Shown here piece after piece: positions 22,720 to 32,421 of a stretch of 32,421 bases of DNA; the first letter of the stretch is position 1; each line of letters starts with the position of its first letter. The position numbers were made by a program, and so were the translations under genes. The notes below the pieces were generated by a model. That model had not been told where the DNA came from and searched no databases. It saw nothing but the letters and a program-made list of their open reading frames with translations. The stretch spans positions 1 to 32,421 of IMG/VR virus record IMGVR_UViG_3300020403_002604; one strand, 5' to 3'. This DNA comes from a virus. Lineage: Duplodnaviria; Caudoviricetes.

Positions 22720-23865
22720 ATGGATATTGTTAAAAACTTTTTTTCAAAAAAGGTAGGATTTGGGTTTTTGATGGTGTTTTCAACATTATCTTTAGCTGGA
22801 ACTGCTGCATATTATTCAGTATTTGGACTGAGTTCTTTGTTTGCTGGAGCAAGGTTTGAAGTAATCATAATGGCTTCAGCATTAGAGTTAGCTAAATTAA
22901 TCGTAGCATCATATCTACATAACCATTGGAAGAAATTAGGATGGATGTTAAAATCATATCTTACATTGGGTGTGGGTATCTTAATGATTATAACCTCAGC
23001 AGGTATCTATGGATTCCTTACATCAGCATATCAAACTACTGCCGACCAATTAACTATCGTAGATAAACAAGTTGCTGTGGTTGAAATGAAAAGAGATAGA
23101 TTCTCTGAATCGTTGGAAGGATACAAAGTAGAAAGAGCTCAACTTAGTGAATCTATATCAGAACTTACAAAAGGATTATCAAATAATACCATCCAATACA
23201 AAGATAGAGAGACTGGTGAAATCATCACTACAACCTCATCATCTACTCGTAGAGTTTTAAACGCTCAGTTAGATGATATGAAGGAACAACGAAATAGTGT
23301 TTCGATTAAGATGGAAGCAGTTACCGATTCTATTACAAAATTAGATTTACAGATTTTGGATTTAGAATCCAACAACGAAGTAGCGGCAGAGATTGGCCCA
23401 CTTAGATATATGGCTAAGATTACAGGTAGACCGATGGATGTAATTGTGAATTGGTTCACTCTAATGATTGTATTCGTATTCGACCCAATGGCAATCGCTA
23501 TGGTAATCGCAGTAAACAAATATATTGGTAGAAGAGAAGAAGAGGATGATTATTTCACACAAAGAAATAAAATGATGTACAAACATACAATGATGAATGG
23601 TGAGAAACATAAGAAAGTGAAAGATAAACTTTCTCAAGAAGAAATGATTAAGAAGAACGAAGAGATTCTTGCTACACCAAAGTATGAAGTAGAAGATGTG
23701 TATGGTAACGTAGAAGTTTACGATGAAAAGCCTGTTGATGTTGAAGAACAAAACGAACAAATATATAATGAATTTTCAAAACCTTATTCTGATGGTGTAG
23801 ATTTAAGAAACTTTCAATCTGAATCAAAAGATACTACTGATGAGGATGATATAAAAACTTATTAA
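22720..23865 (+). CDS. multi-pass membrane protein with long coiled coil
   Basis: Three N-terminal TM segments (YYSVFGL, LELAKL, GIYGFLT), a coiled coil, then EIGPLRY...FVFDPMA TM and an acidic tail. Confidence 0.8.
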   Translation: MDIVKNFFSKKVGFGFLMVFSTLSLAGTAAYYSVFGLSSLFAGARFEVIIMASALELAKLIVASYLHNHWKKLGWMLKSYLTLGVGILMIITSAGIYGFLTSAYQTTADQLTIVDKQVAVVEMKRDRFSESLEGYKVERAQLSESISELTKGLSNNTIQYKDRETGEIITTTSSSTRRVLNAQLDDMKEQRNSVSIKMEAVTDSITKLDLQILDLESNNEVAAEIGPLRYMAKITGRPMDVIVNWFTLMIVFVFDPMAIAMVIAVNKYIGRREEEDDYFTQRNKMMYKHTMMNGEKHKKVKDKLSQEEMIKKNEEILATPKYEVEDVYGNVEVYDEKPVDVEEQNEQIYNEFSKPYSDGVDLRNFQSESKDTTDEDDIKTY

Positions 23866-23870
23866 AATAC

Positions 23871-23901
23871 TTGGTATTTCAAAAAAAATGTTGTATATTT
23901 G
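23871..23901 (+). promoter_or_regulatory. Bacteroidota sigma70-like promoter
   Basis: TTGG...TGTATATTTG upstream of clpP. Confidence 0.6.
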
Positions 23902-23932
23902 ATTAAGTTTAACTAAAAAAAAGTTATAATAG

Positions 23933-24574
23933 ATGAGCGATTTATATAATGATGGACGATATCCAACTTCAAATCAAACGGATGTTACCGAAGAAAAAGA
24001 AAAAGTATCGGCAAGAGAATTACACTTTCAAGAGTTTAGAGAGTTTGATTACGGATTAGATATAGAAGATAATATAATTTTAGTACAGGATGAAATATCA
24101 CAAGGTATGGTATTTGATTGTATATCAAAGGTTAGATTACTCAGAAAGATTAATCCAGAATTAAAATCTATAACACTATTGTTAAACTCACCAGGTGGTG
24201 ATGTAGTAGAAACATTGGCACTAATTGATTACATTAGAACTTTAAAAGATAACGAAGATATCTCTACTAACATAGTATGTAGAGGTTCTGCTATGAGTGC
24301 CGCGGCATTATTACTATCCTGTGGAACTGGTCTTAGAGCCGCATCAAAACATTCTAAGGTTATGGTTCACCAACTATCAACAATGAATTTTGGAAAGTTA
24401 GAAGATATTAAATCAAACGCTAAGTTCGCAGAACAATTAGAAGATGATTGTAATACACTTATGGCTGAAGTTACAAAAAAAGATAAAGAGTTTTGGAAAG
24501 AAAATCAAAGAAGTGATTACTTCTTATCTGCCAATGAAGCATTAGAATTAGGAATTATAGATAAAATTATTTAA
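23933..24574 (+). CDS. clpP: ClpP-like serine protease
   Basis: NSPGG, GSAMSAA (Ser), MVHQL (His), DYFLSANEALELGIID (Asp). Confidence 0.88.
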   Translation: MSDLYNDGRYPTSNQTDVTEEKEKVSARELHFQEFREFDYGLDIEDNIILVQDEISQGMVFDCISKVRLLRKINPELKSITLLLNSPGGDVVETLALIDYIRTLKDNEDISTNIVCRGSAMSAAALLLSCGTGLRAASKHSKVMVHQLSTMNFGKLEDIKSNAKFAEQLEDDCNTLMAEVTKKDKEFWKENQRSDYFLSANEALELGIIDKII

Positions 24575-24577
24575 GTT

Positions 24578-24880
24578 ATGGAATGGAATTATAAACCTTT
24601 AGGGGATAGAGTAGTAGTAGAGATACTAAAAAGAAACGATGAAAAAACCAAAGGTGGTTTATACAAACCATCAGGTTCAGAAACCACAATGTTGGGTAAA
24701 GTTATTTCAGTTGGTGATGGATTGTTCACACAGACAGGCGATTCAATACCAATGAGTGTTAGTGTTGGTGATACGGTTCTATTAGATGGGACTGGATTCA
24801 AACACAAAAATGGTGGTAAGACATACCACATATTTAGAGAGAGTGAATTATTGTCTGTATTATTTGAAAATAAAGATTAA
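24578..24880 (+). CDS. groES: co-chaperonin GroES
   Basis: KPLGDRVVV, EKTKGGLY, VGDG, VSVGDTVL and RESELL motifs. Confidence 0.92.
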   Translation: MEWNYKPLGDRVVVEILKRNDEKTKGGLYKPSGSETTMLGKVISVGDGLFTQTGDSIPMSVSVGDTVLLDGTGFKHKNGGKTYHIFRESELLSVLFENKD

Positions 24881-24885
24881 AAATT

Positions 24886-25650
24886 ATGGTACACATTTTA
24901 GATGAAAATAAAATTAAAGAGAATTACGAAAAGTTTAGAAAACTAATCAACCAAACTTTTACAGGTGAAAGATTAGAAAAACTAAATAAGATGTATGATG
25001 AGTTAGAAGATAGAATTATCCTTACTCCAGCATCATCAACAGAACATTTCCACAACGCATTCGCTGGTGGATATATTGACCATATTCTTAGAGTTACATA
25101 TAACGCCGTTAAGATTTATGATTTATATAAAGAGTTAGGAATGCCTTTAGATTTTGAAAAGGATACTCTAATCTTTACAGCACTTCATCATGATTTAGGT
25201 AAGGTAGGTAATCACGAAGAGAATTGGTACATCCCAAATGATTCACAATGGCATATTGAGAATCAAGGAAAGATTTATAAGACGAGTTCCAAAATGCATT
25301 GGATGAATCTTAATGATAGAACTATGTGGTTGTTAAATCACTATGGTATCAAACTTACTGAAGAAGAATATATCGGAATTAAATTAACTGATGGATTGTA
25401 CGATGAAAACAACAAAGAGTATTACATTACTTATAACAAAGATAATGTAATTAAAACTCAGTTACCATTTATCATGCATCAAGCTGATTTATGTGCCGCT
25501 AACTTCGAAAGAGATAGAGTTATAAACTCTGATAAAAAAGTTCAAACTAAAAATGTGGGTGGTAGACCTACAAAGAAAACAAAATTAGAAAATGTAACAA
25601 TGCCAGAGAAGATTGATTTCAAATCTATCTTTGGTGATGTGGAAGCTTAA
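24886..25650 (+). CDS. HD-domain phosphohydrolase (YhaM-like)
   Basis: PASS..HFHNAFAGGYIDH, LHHDLGK and HQAD motifs. Confidence 0.85.
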   Translation: MVHILDENKIKENYEKFRKLINQTFTGERLEKLNKMYDELEDRIILTPASSTEHFHNAFAGGYIDHILRVTYNAVKIYDLYKELGMPLDFEKDTLIFTALHHDLGKVGNHEENWYIPNDSQWHIENQGKIYKTSSKMHWMNLNDRTMWLLNHYGIKLTEEEYIGIKLTDGLYDENNKEYYITYNKDNVIKTQLPFIMHQADLCAANFERDRVINSDKKVQTKNVGGRPTKKTKLENVTMPEKIDFKSIFGDVEA

Positions 25651-25651
25651 T

Positions 25652-25933
25652 ATGGAATTACAATACATAATTTACATAGCACCTGCTATTCTAATAGTTC
25701 TACTTTATGTAGTATGGAATTTACTTCGTAAGGTAGAACGTTTAGAAGATGAGATAGAAAAATCTGATGAACAAATAGAATCAATCTATTCAAAAATATC
25801 TGAATCGTATCAAAGGATGAAAGATGCGGATAGGTTAGGTTCATTTGAATCAGATGATGAGAGTGGTTTTATTTGGAATCAAATAAAATCTATATTAGAT
25901 GATTTAAAAAACGAATATAACATAGATGCCTAG
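25652..25933 (+). CDS. single-pass membrane protein
   Basis: MELQYII... TM helix, then coiled coil and GSFESDDE; start moved to 25652. Confidence 0.75.
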   Translation: MELQYIIYIAPAILIVLLYVVWNLLRKVERLEDEIEKSDEQIESIYSKISESYQRMKDADRLGSFESDDESGFIWNQIKSILDDLKNEYNIDA

Positions 25934-26648
25934 AAAACGAAGAAAGAGAAGTAAAAGATATTTTACTAAAATCACAGAGATTGCTATAAATGCTTATAAC
26001 AATTGTGATGATATTAAACTAAAGAACAAAATATATAATCGTTTCATCCATTATCCATTTGATAAATTGGCTGAAAATGTAATTCACACTTACAAAACAT
26101 ATTACTTTGATGTACCATATGAAGATGTAAAGGCAAGTGTAGTTGCATTTCTGAATGAAAAGATTCATAAGTTCAATGGTGAGAATGGTAGAGCCTTCTC
26201 TTACTTCACAGTAGTAGCTAGAAATTATTTATTCAATGAGAATAATGCAAACTACGCTAGGATGAAATCAAAAGAGAAAGTATCAGCGATTGATACATCT
26301 CGTAATATTGTAAACGAAATTGTAGACCAGAATAATAAAGAATCTAAATCAGATTTCGTAGACCATTTTACAAAATATATAGATTATCATTTGTATGAAT
26401 TATTCTTAAAAGATAGAGATAGAGCTATCGCAGATTCAATAAATGAATTATTTAAGACCAGATATGATTTATATTCGTACAATAAGAAAGCACTCTACAT
26501 ACTTATTAGAGAGAGAACAGGTGTACATACACAATACATAACTAAAGTAGTTGGTAAACTAAAAGGTATTTATGTTGAATTGTACACCGAATATAATCAA
26601 AAAGGATATTTATCACTTAGATATAAATTAAAGGATAGTAATGGATAA
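25926..26648 (+). CDS. sigma-factor-like protein (T4 gp55-like late sigma)
   Basis: Region-2-like HKFNGENGRAFSYFTVVARNY; basic N-terminus; lies just before the virion genes. Confidence 0.65.
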   Translation: MPRKRRKRSKRYFTKITEIAINAYNNCDDIKLKNKIYNRFIHYPFDKLAENVIHTYKTYYFDVPYEDVKASVVAFLNEKIHKFNGENGRAFSYFTVVARNYLFNENNANYARMKSKEKVSAIDTSRNIVNEIVDQNNKESKSDFVDHFTKYIDYHLYELFLKDRDRAIADSINELFKTRYDLYSYNKKALYILIRERTGVHTQYITKVVGKLKGIYVELYTEYNQKGYLSLRYKLKDSNG

Positions 26649-27009
26649 AGATACTGAATTATTTAAAGGAAAAACATTTGCTGATATCATGTCGGATGTT
26701 TACCATAATTCTAAAAAGAAGGATAGACAACTAAAACTTCTTATTGCACAATTAGAACCATTGGTAAAAAACCTACAAGATGCTACTGTAATTGTTCCTT
26801 TGATAAAAGAGTACATGGAAGTGGCTGTAAGAAACGATGAACAGATTGTTAAATTGGCGGCAATCATTCAACGAATGATGAAGGATGAAAACTCAGGTGA
26901 AGGTGGTGGACTTGGATTAAGTGATGAAGAGAAAAAACAACTTTTAGAAAACGCCAAAGCAATCGATAATAAGATTGATGCTCTTAGTAATACAGAGGGA
27001 GATGAGTAA
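26641..27009 (+). CDS. conserved hypothetical helical protein
   Basis: Coiled-coil ORF coupled to both neighbours. Confidence 0.75.
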   Translation: MDKDTELFKGKTFADIMSDVYHNSKKKDRQLKLLIAQLEPLVKNLQDATVIVPLIKEYMEVAVRNDEQIVKLAAIIQRMMKDENSGEGGGLGLSDEEKKQLLENAKAIDNKIDALSNTEGDE

Positions 27010-28001
27010 TGAGTGTATCAGTAGCTACAGTACAAAAAATAATATTAAAGGATAATGATGTAAATGAAGTTTATGAAATCCAATGCTTCAATCAAAAAAA
27101 TCCTAATCAACAGATAACGGCATATCCATATGATTTATCTTTTAGAAGAATCCCACTAATAGGGGAATCTGTTGTATTGATAAGAGCTTCACAACCCGAA
27201 TCAAATCCAGCTAAAAGAGAATCTAACCAAACCTTTTATTATCTAAATCCAGTAGCGATTCAAAGGAATCCACATAATAACTCATTACCAACATCTAAAA
27301 CATTATTATCGACAGGAGCATCCGCATCGGGTTATGAAGCCGCCGCTGCTGGAGTTCCAGGTGTAGGTGGTAGTAGTAGTGATAAAAAATTAGGTGATGG
27401 GTTTTCCGAAAGAACTGATGTAGGTTCTGTACAACCATTTATCGGTGATGTTCTTTTAGAAGGTAGGTTTGGACATTCAATGAGATTTGGATATACTCCT
27501 AAAGGAAGTAAAACATCTGAGAAACCATCGTGGAGTTCATCTACGGATAACGACCCAATTACAATTATATCTAACGGTAGAAAGAGTGGTGGTTCTTACA
27601 ACAAGTTTATTATAGAAGATGTTAATGATGACCTTTCATCTATATGGTTGGGTTCATCACAAAAGATAAAACTAAAACCAGCTCAAAACGGAATTGGTGG
27701 AGCAGATAACCCATCATCATATTCAAATTCATCTATATACCTTAATTCGGACAGGGTATTCTTAAACGCTAGAAATGAAAAAGTTATTATAGCCGCTAAA
27801 CAAGATATTATAAATGCAACACCAGGCTGGCAAATGGAAATGGATAAACTATTTACAGAGATTGAAAAGTTGGCAACAGAGTTAAAAAATCTAACATCGG
27901 CCGCCGCTACTTTCGCAACCGGAGTTGGACCAACAGGCCCGGCTACTAATGCAAGTAAAGTGGCAACTATCGTAAGTAATATAAAAGCAATGAAACAGTA
28001 A
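27009..28001 (+). CDS. baseplate hub/spike protein (gp5/gpV-like)
   Basis: OB-fold-like IPLIGESVVL, GDVLLEGRFGHSMRF, beta-helix-like NSDRVFLNA, C-terminal TGVGPTGP; lies upstream of gp25/gp6. Confidence 0.65.
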   Translation: MSVSVATVQKIILKDNDVNEVYEIQCFNQKNPNQQITAYPYDLSFRRIPLIGESVVLIRASQPESNPAKRESNQTFYYLNPVAIQRNPHNNSLPTSKTLLSTGASASGYEAAAAGVPGVGGSSSDKKLGDGFSERTDVGSVQPFIGDVLLEGRFGHSMRFGYTPKGSKTSEKPSWSSSTDNDPITIISNGRKSGGSYNKFIIEDVNDDLSSIWLGSSQKIKLKPAQNGIGGADNPSSYSNSSIYLNSDRVFLNARNEKVIIAAKQDIINATPGWQMEMDKLFTEIEKLATELKNLTSAAATFATGVGPTGPATNASKVATIVSNIKAMKQ

Positions 28002-28010
28002 GAATAAGTT

Positions 28011-28625
28011 ATGGCAGCAGTATGGCCCGCATATATCACAAAAGTAGGTGGATACCTAAACTCAGCAACTGAAGGTAAGACTTACAGAAAAACCGCTCAG
28101 AAACTAGCTGGTGAATATGCCATTGCAGTATCATCGGTTTTTACTGTTGCACCGGCTGGAATAAATGGAATTCAAACTCCGGCTCCAATTGAACCAATGG
28201 TAAATGCTATAGAAAAATGTTTAAAAGATATTAATGATTCAGAAAGTAGACCTAAACTAAATCATTTTACTGGATGGGCTACTTCAGTATCTCAATATTG
28301 GTTAGCAACTGTATTCTCACCACTTGTACCAGACCCATTACATATAGCATCTTCGACTGGAGCACCAGGAGTATTTATACCAATTACGAATGTTGTTACA
28401 AATGGTGGGGCAATAGCACCACTTAAAGCAGGATTGTTAAATGCATTTACTCATCCAACATCACCAGTACCATATGGGATTCCAATGGCAACAAAATTAC
28501 AAATAGCATTTCAATCACATTTACTAACTGTAGGGGGTGTACATACAATGGGAGTTGTAAGTGGAACACCAGTTTCACCAATACCAATCCCAACGTTACC
28601 GATACCTTGGATTCAGTTAGTATAA
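28011..28625 (+). CDS. putative virion/baseplate-associated protein
   Basis: A/G/P/T-rich ORF within the baseplate module. Confidence 0.55.
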   Translation: MAAVWPAYITKVGGYLNSATEGKTYRKTAQKLAGEYAIAVSSVFTVAPAGINGIQTPAPIEPMVNAIEKCLKDINDSESRPKLNHFTGWATSVSQYWLATVFSPLVPDPLHIASSTGAPGVFIPITNVVTNGGAIAPLKAGLLNAFTHPTSPVPYGIPMATKLQIAFQSHLLTVGGVHTMGVVSGTPVSPIPIPTLPIPWIQLV

Positions 28626-28640
28626 AACAAAAGTTTTTAA

Positions 28641-28648
28641 TATTTATA
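28641..28648 (+). promoter_or_regulatory. putative late-promoter motif TATTTATA
   Basis: Intergenic TA(T/C)TTAT also occurs at 1261, 1550, 2837, 7433, 7454, 19535, 20295 and 22616. Confidence 0.45.
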
Positions 28649-28664
28649 TATAAAGTATGGAATT

Positions 28665-29138
28665 ATGAAAGCAAAAGATTTAGCACAATTATTAGAAGTA
28701 ATCGTAAGAAAGGTAGTTCGTGAGGAACTAAAACCTATCTTGTCTGAGGTTAAGAAATCTCAAAAACCGATTATAAAAGAAATAAAATCTAAAAAAGTTA
28801 AAGTAGACCCATTAGAAATTGATATGGGTAAGATTTTAGCAATAGAAGAAAATAAAAAAGTATCTAAACCAAAAACGTTTGTACAAAACGAAATGTTAAA
28901 TGAGATGTTAAACGAAACACATCAAAGTGGTGAGTGGAGAAATTTAGATGGAAATCCATATACATCCAATCAAGCACAATCATTTATGAGAGGTGGTTCT
29001 GCAACGGTAGCACCAACACAGGATATAGATGGTAGACCTGTTGATGTGAACAATCAAGAAGTTGCTAGTGTAATGAATGTTATCAATAAAGATTATTCTC
29101 AATTGATGAAAACTATTGATAAGAAAAAAGGAAGATAG
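28665..29138 (+). CDS. hypothetical protein
   Basis: 157 aa ORF with VRKVVREEL, LNEMLNET and KDYSQLMK. Confidence 0.75.
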   Translation: MKAKDLAQLLEVIVRKVVREELKPILSEVKKSQKPIIKEIKSKKVKVDPLEIDMGKILAIEENKKVSKPKTFVQNEMLNEMLNETHQSGEWRNLDGNPYTSNQAQSFMRGGSATVAPTQDIDGRPVDVNNQEVASVMNVINKDYSQLMKTIDKKKGR

Positions 29139-29142
29139 TTAA

Positions 29143-29580
29143 ATGGCCAAAGAAAGAAAAGAATATTTCTATAACCCAATAGATTTTAGGCCTGATGTTG
29201 CAGTTGGAGTAAAATTACCATTTGGTAAACCCAATGGATTATTCGCTCAAAGTTTTACAACTGAAGAACAAGCAGTATCTAATTTAAAAAATCTATTATT
29301 GACTAGAAAGGGTGAAAGACCATTCCAACCTTTGTTTGGTTCGGATGTGTATTCTTTACTTTTTGAATTGATAGATAGAGATATTGAGGAAAGAATGTCT
29401 AAAACACTTTCTGATGATATCAAATTTTGGTTGCCTTATATAGTTATTGATAACATATCTATTGATACGAATCCTGATAGAAATAGTGTTAAGATTCAGT
29501 TACGATTTAGAGTTACAGAACAAGGTGCAAACGAACAGATAATATTATTTATAGATTCTGAAGGGGCTTATTTAGAATAG
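29143..29580 (+). CDS. baseplate wedge subunit, gp25-like
   Basis: NLKNLLLTRKGERPFQPLFGS...LLFE...WLPYI motif. Confidence 0.9.
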   Translation: MAKERKEYFYNPIDFRPDVAVGVKLPFGKPNGLFAQSFTTEEQAVSNLKNLLLTRKGERPFQPLFGSDVYSLLFELIDRDIEERMSKTLSDDIKFWLPYIVIDNISIDTNPDRNSVKIQLRFRVTEQGANEQIILFIDSEGAYLE

Positions 29581-29589
29581 GTTTAAATT

Positions 29590-31527
29590 ATGAAGAAAGT
29601 AAAATCAGATTTAGTACAAAAAGATGTATCGTTAATCGGTAGAGATTTTGGTGAGTTTAGAAAAAACTTAATTGAGTTTTCTAAAAATTATTTCCCAAAT
29701 ACATTTAACGATTTTAATGAATCATCTCCTGGTATGATGTTTATGGAAATGGCATCATATGTGGGTGATGTGTTATCATTTTATACAGATACACAATTAA
29801 GAGAATCACTATTAACTACGGCAGAAGAAAATGTAAACCTATTTAATATTGTAAACTCATTAGGTTACAAACCAAAAAATATTATACCAGCATCCGTAAC
29901 ATTAGATGTATTTCAATTAGTACCGGCAAAGGGTAGTGGTGATAATGTAGCTCCTGATTATGATTACGCTATGACTTTAAATGAAGGCATGGTAGTTGGT
30001 TCAACAGATTTTTCAGATGTGGAGTTTACTACAATATCTTCAGTTGATTTTTCATTTTCATCATCATTTGATGCTACTGAGGTATCGGTTTATCAAATAG
30101 ATGAAAGTACAAATGAGCCTGTTTATTATCTTTTAAAGAAACAAGTAAAGGCAACAAGTGGAAAAGAAAAAACCAAAACGTTTGAATTTGGTACACCAAA
30201 GATTTATGATAAAATAAAAATCGAAGATGATAATCTAATCAGAGTAAAAAATATAAAAGATTCAGATGGTGATACTTGGACAAGAGTTCCATACTTAGCA
30301 CAAGATACGGTATTCGAACAAATAGATAACAACGAAGATAATTCCACATACTTACATCAGTATAGTGGTGATACTCCTTACTTATTAGAGTTAAATAGAG
30401 TTCCTAAAAGATATGTAACAAAGTTTGAAGATGATGGAATTTTAAATATTTGTTTTGGTGCAGGTATCTCATCAAATGCTGATGAAGAAATAATTCCTAA
30501 TCCTGATAATGTAGGTTCAGCACTTTATACAGAACATCAGAATTTAGATTCATCATTAGACCCATCAAACTTTCTATATACCAAAACATATGGAGTCGCT
30601 CCTTCAAATACTACACTAACTGTAACCTATTTAGTAGGTAATGGTATTGTAGATAATGTACCTGCTAAAGATTTAGTTAATGTATTATCAAGTACAACAA
30701 CTATAAAAAATGAAATAAATCTTAACGATGCGTTAGTTAGATTTGTTAGGCAATCTTTAGCGTGTTCAAATCCAGGCCCAGCAATTGGTGGTAAAACTAC
30801 AGAAACTCAAGAAGAAATTAGACAGAATGCAATGGCATTCTTCGCCGCTCAAAATAGAACCGTAACAAGAGAAGATTATGTAATGAGATGTTACGCACTT
30901 CCACCTCAGTTCGGTTCTGTAGCAAAAGCATATTTAGTACAAGATTATCAAACAGAATATTCTAAAGTAGATGGACAGTTTATCAATACTGAAATTCCAA
31001 ATCCACTGGCTTTAAATTTATACACTTGTGGATATGATAATAATAAAAACTTAACATCATTAAATCCTGCAACTAAATATAACTTAAAAAATTATATTTC
31101 TTATCACAGATTATTAACTGATGCGGTAAATATAAAAAATGCCCATATTGTAAACATAGGAATTAATTTTGAAATTGTAGTTCTTCCAGAATATAATTCA
31201 AATGAAGTTCTATTAAGGGCTATCAACAGATTAAGAGAATATTTTGATATAGATAATTGGAGAATTAATGAACCAATTAATATATCTAAAATATATGTAG
31301 AAATAGATAAAGTAGATGGTGTACAAACTGTAGTAAGACCTGATAAAGAAGGAAAGGGTGGATTACAGATTGTAAATAAATTTAACGGAAACTATTCACC
31401 AAACAAATATAGTATTAGAAACGCAACTAAAGGTGGTATTATATATCCACCTAAAGACCCATCTATATTTGAAGTGAAGTTCCCAAATACAGATATTAAA
31501 GGACAGGTAATAACCCAACAGTTCTAA
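29590..31527 (+). CDS. baseplate wedge subunit, T4 gp6 / baseplate J-like
   Basis: DFNESSPGMMFME...YVGDVLSFYTD, LGYKP, F.AQNRTVTREDY and VDGV motifs. Confidence 0.9.
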   Translation: MKKVKSDLVQKDVSLIGRDFGEFRKNLIEFSKNYFPNTFNDFNESSPGMMFMEMASYVGDVLSFYTDTQLRESLLTTAEENVNLFNIVNSLGYKPKNIIPASVTLDVFQLVPAKGSGDNVAPDYDYAMTLNEGMVVGSTDFSDVEFTTISSVDFSFSSSFDATEVSVYQIDESTNEPVYYLLKKQVKATSGKEKTKTFEFGTPKIYDKIKIEDDNLIRVKNIKDSDGDTWTRVPYLAQDTVFEQIDNNEDNSTYLHQYSGDTPYLLELNRVPKRYVTKFEDDGILNICFGAGISSNADEEIIPNPDNVGSALYTEHQNLDSSLDPSNFLYTKTYGVAPSNTTLTVTYLVGNGIVDNVPAKDLVNVLSSTTTIKNEINLNDALVRFVRQSLACSNPGPAIGGKTTETQEEIRQNAMAFFAAQNRTVTREDYVMRCYALPPQFGSVAKAYLVQDYQTEYSKVDGQFINTEIPNPLALNLYTCGYDNNKNLTSLNPATKYNLKNYISYHRLLTDAVNIKNAHIVNIGINFEIVVLPEYNSNEVLLRAINRLREYFDIDNWRINEPINISKIYVEIDKVDGVQTVVRPDKEGKGGLQIVNKFNGNYSPNKYSIRNATKGGIIYPPKDPSIFEVKFPNTDIKGQVITQQF

Positions 31528-31540
31528 ATGAGGATATATT

Positions 31541-32421
31541 ATGATTTATAGAATATACGGACAAAAAGATTCTACTATCTACGAACAAAATACTCGTAAA
31601 GCACAGAACTCTGGTTTAGATGAAGTGTTGGAAGTAACTAAGTTCTTTGATGAAGATACTGAAAAAATACACATAGGTAATAGTAGAATTCTAACACAAT
31701 TTGATTTAACTGATATATCATCTTCTATTGTTGATGGTGATATACCAACTAACGCCGAATGGAAACTTAATTTAACATCTACTCAAGCCGATGAGGTAAA
31801 AACGGAATACACATTAGAAGTATATCCTGTATCTCAGAGTTGGTCTGAAGGAAGTGGGCAGTTTTTTGATACACCTCTAAATACAGATGGTTGTAGTTGG
31901 GAACGAAGAGATAACGATAATTTATGGAGTACATCAACTACACAAGTATTTAACGGAGTTGAAACTGAACGATTACCAACTGAAGGTATTGTATTATATG
32001 AAGGTTTTAGTGAAGGTAGTGGTTCAGCATTCTTAACTGAATCAATTAATGATTTTAATGGTAACGTTCCATTCACTTTCTTACAAAATCAATCACTAAT
32101 TATATCAGCATCTAATTTCGCAGGAACAACCTTAGTGTTCCCAGCATATCTTCAGAATGAAATAAACTATGGAGTACAATTTCAAATAGACCCTGCATCA
32201 TTTGATGATGTAGCTTTTAGAATCAAAACACCAAGTGGAGTTGTTAAAACTGAAGGTGATTACGAAGGGATGGTTGGTGCTATAACCGCATCATCAACTC
32301 AATCATTTGATATAACTGCAACTGAAACAGGTGACCACGAATTAAGATTTACATTCTTTGATGGAAGTGGTGATGGTACAACATCAACAGGTTCGTTTGA
32401 TGAAATATATGTTTATCAAAA
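31541..32421 (+). CDS. putative virion structural protein (5' part, runs off the window)
   Basis: ATG 31541 MIYRIYGQKDSTIYE...NSGLDEVLEV...SRILTQFD...VYPVSQSWSEGSG; frame open to the end; resembles DNRLRE-type beta-sandwich virion proteins. Confidence 0.75.
   Translation, partial: MIYRIYGQKDSTIYEQNTRKAQNSGLDEVLEVTKFFDEDTEKIHIGNSRILTQFDLTDISSSIVDGDIPTNAEWKLNLTSTQADEVKTEYTLEVYPVSQSWSEGSGQFFDTPLNTDGCSWERRDNDNLWSTSTTQVFNGVETERLPTEGIVLYEGFSEGSGSAFLTESINDFNGNVPFTFLQNQSLIISASNFAGTTLVFPAYLQNEINYGVQFQIDPASFDDVAFRIKTPSGVVKTEGDYEGMVGAITASSTQSFDITATETGDHELRFTFFDGSGDGTTSTGSFDEIYVYQ

Noticed and set aside
6058-32076. All other minus-strand ORFs in the track (e.g. 6058-6351, 11339-11569, 23265-23760, 27683-28039, 31834-32076)
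   Set aside because: Each is an antisense shadow of a well-supported + strand gene.
1-32421. Stop-codon reassignment (code 15 or 4) as seen in some large Bacteroidota phages
   Set aside because: Conserved genes are full length in code 11. TAG ends thyA, uvsE and gp25, and TGA ends apt, at the expected positions. No suppressor tRNA is present.

Overview
A segment of a large, AT-rich dsDNA myovirus genome (probably jumbo, T4-like), most likely infecting a Bacteroidota/Flavobacteriia host. The host call rests on TTG..TAnnTT(T/A)G promoters, A/T-rich non-Shine-Dalgarno starts, a DUF4494 gene and a lipoprotein gene. All credible genes are on the + strand and read in code 11. In order, the window holds: an RmlC-like cupin and small ORFs; a ~0.7 kb motif-dense non-coding region with DnaA-box-like 9-mers and palindromes (candidate origin); small hypothetical genes; four canonical tRNAs plus one rearranged tRNA-like element with a UAU anticodon loop; a metabolic run (2OG-Fe(II) hydroxylase fusion ... 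mgsA-apt-nucleosidase-thioesterase-rfbB-thyA); a HExxH/vWA + MoxR-type AAA+ pair; hsp20, uvsE, clpP, groES and an HD hydrolase; a gp55-like sigma factor; and the start of the baseplate module (gp5-, gp25- and gp6-like). The most notable observations are (1) the arm-rearranged 77-nt tRNA-Ile(UAU)-like RNA, (2) an eight-copy TTAACA-N5-TTAACA promoter regulon with fixed 47-48 nt spacing, (3) a TGACA-N3-TGTCA palindrome shared by the origin-like region and the hsp20 promoter, and (4) a phage-borne methylglyoxal synthase. Family assignments come from motif recognition by eye, not database searches.
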